Assembly (NCBI GenBank): GCA_003223415.1
Contig: QHUY01000028.1
Span: forward strand, 1,270 to 65,269
Origin: Gemmatimonadota bacterium
GTDB lineage: Bacteria > Gemmatimonadota > Gemmatimonadetes > Gemmatimonadales > GWC2-71-9
DNA: 64,000 nucleotides
Direction: 5' to 3'
Below the pieces are notes generated by a model. That model was not told where the DNA came from. It worked only from the letters and a program-made list of their open reading frames with translations, and did not search any database. The position numbers and the translations under genes are program-made. This document shows, piece after piece, positions 61,226 to 64,000 of the stretch. Positions within the stretch are counted from its first letter, which is position 1. Each line of letters starts with the position of its first letter.

Positions 61226-61239
61226 GTGTACGCGTACAC
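61226..61239. promoter_or_regulatory. Perfect 14-bp palindrome GTGTACGCGTACAC, candidate operator upstream of the plus-strand four-gene cluster
   Basis: Read directly. It ends 10 nt before the ATG at 61250 and just before the GAGG ribosome-binding motif. Confidence 0.4.
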
Positions 61240-61249
61240 TTGAGGCCCG

Positions 61250-61597
61250 ATGCGACGCGGATCGCTGTTGCCGACTCTCGTACTGGCCGCGGGCACCTGG
61301 CTCGCCGCCGGGTCGGGCGGCGTGACGCTGCGGGCGATCGCCGCCTGCCGGCACCACGCCGCCGCGCACGCATCGCACGCCGGGCACCATACCGAGGTGC
61401 CGCCCGGCACGCCGTGCTGGTGCGACGAGATGACCGGCGGCGGTGACGCGCTGCTGGCACCCGCCCTGCCGGCTCCGACGGTGGTCGCACCGATCACCGA
61501 GGCGGTGATCGCTGCCTTGCCATTCCCCATTCCCCTTTCCCCCTTCCCCGGTTTCGTCCGGGGTCCGATTCCACCCCCTCCGAACCCGCTCGCCTGA
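61250..61597 (+). CDS. Small secreted His/Cys-rich protein (hypothetical)
   Basis: Signal-like N-terminus MRRGSLLPTLVLAAGTWLAAG, then CRHHAAAHASHAGHH...CWC. GAGG lies upstream. The C-terminal approximately 25 aa are encoded by a heptamer array. Confidence 0.5.
   Translation: MRRGSLLPTLVLAAGTWLAAGSGGVTLRAIAACRHHAAAHASHAGHHTEVPPGTPCWCDEMTGGGDALLAPALPAPTVVAPITEAVIAALPFPIPLSPFPGFVRGPIPPPPNPLA
61522..61582. repeat. Half-array of heptamers (ATTCCCC x2, TTTCCCC, CTTCCCC) plus an ATTCCACCCCCTCCG segment related to family A
   Basis: Read directly. ATTCCACCC(C)CTCCG also occurs in the right arm of 45657-45728. No mirrored partner was seen. Confidence 0.6.
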
Positions 61598-61645
61598 CGG
61601 GCGCGACGCCGCTCGCAGTTCCCACAACCGTTCGGAGGAGTCCTT

Positions 61646-62698
61646 ATGCACAGTGCGCTGGTGTGCGCGCTGTCCTGCGCCATTGCGGCGACAGCCGCGT
61701 CGCAGGAGCGCCAGGTGACGTTCGAAGAGCCCCAGCCGGTCACGATCACCGGCTTCGCCGTGGGCCGCGCGGACTTGGACCGCGCCGCCCGCAGCAGCTC
61801 GTTCTCGGCCGGTAAGCTGGCCGTGAGCTTCTTCAAACCGGTCGGGGATGCCTACGTGTTCGGGCAGCTCACCACCGCCCTCCAAGACGGGGTGTCCTCG
61901 ACGGAGATCGACAACCTCATCGTGAGCTGGACGCCCCACACGGCGACGCGCTGGACCGCCGCGTTCGGTCGGTTCGACGCGCCGATCGGCTTCGAGCGGG
62001 ACGACGAGCCGCTCAACTTCGTCCCGACTTCTTCCTTCAACTTCGAGCTTGCCCGGCCGTCCAAGCTGACCGGCGCCATCATGCGCTTCACCGCCTCGCC
62101 TACGGTCGAGCTCGTCGCCGCTGTGGCCAACGGCTGGAACGTCGCCGTGGACAACAATCGCAACAAGACCGGCCTGCTCCGCGCGCAGTGGATCTCACGG
62201 CCGGGCCTCACAGTGGCCGTGACGGGCGTATACGGCCCCGAGCGGGACAGCACGAGCGGGCATCTGCGGGCGCTGCTCTCGAACGATGTCACCTTGGAGA
62301 TCGGCCGTGTCATCGTCGGCACCGAATTGAACCTCGGCCGGGAGCGCGCAGTGCCGGGAGTCGACCTCTCGTGGACGGGGGCGGCGGCCACCGGGTTCGC
62401 GCGCCTGGGCCGGCAGTGGGGTCTCACCGCACGCTACGAGTACCTCGATGATCGCCATGGCGCTCTCGGCGCCGGGACCATCTTGCAGTCGCTCACGATG
62501 GGCCCGATGTGGTTCTTCCGCAGTGCGCAGGAGGGAATCTTCAGCAACATCGAGCACACCACGTTTCATCTGCCCCAGGTGGGGATCCGGGCGGCCGTGC
62601 GGCTCGACGACGCGCGCTCCCCCTTCTTCAAAGACTCTGGAGCCTCACTCCAGCGCACCAACACCCGCGCGGTGATCGAGTTGGTATACCTCTTCTAA
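61646..62698 (+). CDS. Outer-membrane beta-barrel porin-like protein
   Basis: Signal peptide, alternating amphipathic strands, and a C-terminal ...IELVYLF (terminal Phe). 350 aa. Confidence 0.65.
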   Translation: MHSALVCALSCAIAATAASQERQVTFEEPQPVTITGFAVGRADLDRAARSSSFSAGKLAVSFFKPVGDAYVFGQLTTALQDGVSSTEIDNLIVSWTPHTATRWTAAFGRFDAPIGFERDDEPLNFVPTSSFNFELARPSKLTGAIMRFTASPTVELVAAVANGWNVAVDNNRNKTGLLRAQWISRPGLTVAVTGVYGPERDSTSGHLRALLSNDVTLEIGRVIVGTELNLGRERAVPGVDLSWTGAAATGFARLGRQWGLTARYEYLDDRHGALGAGTILQSLTMGPMWFFRSAQEGIFSNIEHTTFHLPQVGIRAAVRLDDARSPFFKDSGASLQRTNTRAVIELVYLF

Positions 62699-62707
62699 GG
62701 AGCGAAG

Positions 62708-63259
62708 ATGCTCTACGATCTGCGGCGGGCGAACGTGTCGGTGAAGTGGCTGGTCACCTGCCTGCTCGCCACTTTCGGCGTCGCCTACCTGTTCGGCGGA
62801 TGGATGGTCGGGCTCTACGCCGGGTTCACGCCTGGGAAGGTGGCCGCGACGTACGCCGGTCCGGAAATGGCAATGCCCATGCCCCCGGAATCGACGTTGG
62901 TGGTGGAGCATCCTATGACCATGAGCGCCTTCGGCGAATCCGACGTGCACCAGGTAGACGAAAATCTGTTGATCCAGGACACCCACGTGCACGTCCCGAT
63001 GTACGGCGTGATCGCCGGCGCCTTGTCGCTCGTCGTCCTCGGCCTGGCCCTGCCCAAAGCTTGGCATCTCGGAATGATCACGCTGCTGTTTGCGGCGCCC
63101 TGGCTCGACTTCGCGGGGATGTGGCTCACGAAGCTCGTCTCCCGCGATTTGGCGTTCGTCACCTTGCTGGGCGGCTGGGCAATGGGGCTCGGCTACACTC
63201 TGGTGACGGCGGTCGCGATGTGGCAAATGTGGCCGCGAAAGAGAGGAGGCACGGCATGA
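62708..63259 (+). CDS. Hypothetical inner-membrane protein (about 4 TM, conserved His cluster DTHVHVP)
   Basis: 183-aa hydrophobic ORF. AAGGAG lies 6 nt upstream of the ATG. I recognise no family. Confidence 0.55.
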   Translation: MLYDLRRANVSVKWLVTCLLATFGVAYLFGGWMVGLYAGFTPGKVAATYAGPEMAMPMPPESTLVVEHPMTMSAFGESDVHQVDENLLIQDTHVHVPMYGVIAGALSLVVLGLALPKAWHLGMITLLFAAPWLDFAGMWLTKLVSRDLAFVTLLGGWAMGLGYTLVTAVAMWQMWPRKRGGTA

Positions 63260-63798
63260 GCTGGCTCATTCGCGCCGCCGTCGCCGGTGCGCTCCTGCAT
63301 ATCACCCCGACGGTGATTCTCGAAAAGCGCCCCGAGGCGGCGACGCGCCTCGCCCCCGGGGCGGATGCGTTCTTCGCCCGTGAGGTGCACCTCAGCGACC
63401 CCGACGCCCACAAGCTCCACGAAGCGGTCGACTGGAGCCCCGAGGACGGACTGCTCACGTTCTACACCGGCAAGCGCGGCGCAAACGTGGTAAGCGCGTT
63501 CCTGTTCGTACGAGTCGATACACCGCATGGCCCGATCGAGGTCGCGGTCGGCTTCGACCCGGCCGGAGCGGTCCGCGGAGTCGAAATCACCAAGGCGACC
63601 GTGGAGACCAAGCCGTGGGTGCTCGAGGCTCTGCGCGCAGGTCTCACCGACGCGTATAGGGGCTTGAAGCCGGGCCACACGCCCGAGGGCGCCTCCAGAG
63701 TGCGGGACAAGGTCGGCCAACTGCCGGCGTACATTGCTGGAGAAATCGATAAAGGGGTGGCGCGGGCCTTGGCGGCCTACGGGGCGTTCTACAGGTAG
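63256..63798 (+). CDS. Periplasmic protein with FMN-binding-domain-like core (hypothetical)
   Basis: ATGA overlap with the upstream gene and a GAGAGGAGG RBS. The segment HGPIEVAVGFDPAGAVRGVEITKATVET resembles an FMN_bind fold with an (E)ITKAT flavinylation-like motif. The similarity is judged by eye only. Confidence 0.5.
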   Translation: MSWLIRAAVAGALLHITPTVILEKRPEAATRLAPGADAFFAREVHLSDPDAHKLHEAVDWSPEDGLLTFYTGKRGANVVSAFLFVRVDTPHGPIEVAVGFDPAGAVRGVEITKATVETKPWVLEALRAGLTDAYRGLKPGHTPEGASRVRDKVGQLPAYIAGEIDKGVARALAAYGAFYR

Positions 63799-63809
63799 GA
63801 CGAGACGCG

Positions 63810-63992
63810 CTAGCTGACCTGGCGTGAGAGGTAGGGGTCGCTCCAACCCACCTCGAAGAACCCGTTGCACTTGGGGCAGCGCAGCGACTGCGGGTGGTTG
63901 ATCAGCTGCGCGCGCTCGCGGCACCCCGGACACACCCCGTACTCCGGGCCCCACCCCAGCGGCAGCCGCGGGGACTTGCGGGGGCGCGGCAC
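63810..63992 (-). CDS. Small zinc-ribbon protein (hypothetical)
   Basis: 60 aa with CPGC...(14)...CPKC. It lies close to the window edge, so the start is uncertain. Confidence 0.4.
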   Translation of the reverse strand: MPRPRKSPRLPLGWGPEYGVCPGCRERAQLINHPQSLRCPKCNGFFEVGWSDPYLSRQVS

Positions 63993-64000
63993 GACGGCAC

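Overview
Very GC-rich bacterial chromosomal window. It looks Gram-negative: there are outer-membrane beta-barrels ending in Phe and a lipobox lipoprotein. The gene content is reminiscent of Gemmatimonadota-like genomes, but I cannot verify that from sequence alone. The content is almost entirely core metabolism and housekeeping, and nearly all of it is on the minus strand. It includes a complete 14-gene NADH:quinone oxidoreductase operon (nuoA-N), sdhCAB, NDH-2, TCA genes (sucCD, mdh, icd, gltA) and gap-pgk-tpiA-secG. It also carries moaDEA, carA, dnaB, radA, coaBC, rpoZ, gmk, ispD, tsaC and aroE. Several secreted metallopeptidases are present (M28, a metzincin-like enzyme, M61, plus cytosolic PepA). 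I checked 23 gene junctions by hand and they overlap by 1 or 4 nt (ATGA/GTGA/TTGA/TGATG/TAGTG). No rRNA, tRNA, CRISPR array, transposase or phage gene was found. Four things stand out. (1) A structural class of composite palindromes is built from tandem 7-13 nt units mirrored into long hairpins. It occurs with at least four unrelated unit sequences. It lies between cistrons of the nuo operon and in frame inside three CDSs (comF-like, udg, and a small secreted ORF). One copy has an 8-bp flanking duplication whose removal restores a canonical TGATG junction. (2) Three gene-integrity anomalies: a 38-nt poly-G tract that frameshifts tpiA, an out-of-frame deletion of about 50 nt in pgk that removes the WNGPMGVFE motif, and a moaE frame with no stop codon that runs into an N-terminally short moaA. 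The tpiA tract shares an identical 22-mer (GTC-G11-C-G7) with an in-frame G-tract in aroE. These may be assembly artefacts and need read-level checking. (3) A plus-strand four-gene envelope cluster at the right end, of unknown function. (4) A hybrid histidine kinase with a C-terminal TM plus four-Cys tail. All start coordinates were chosen by reading the sequence. Alternative starts are noted where they are ambiguous.
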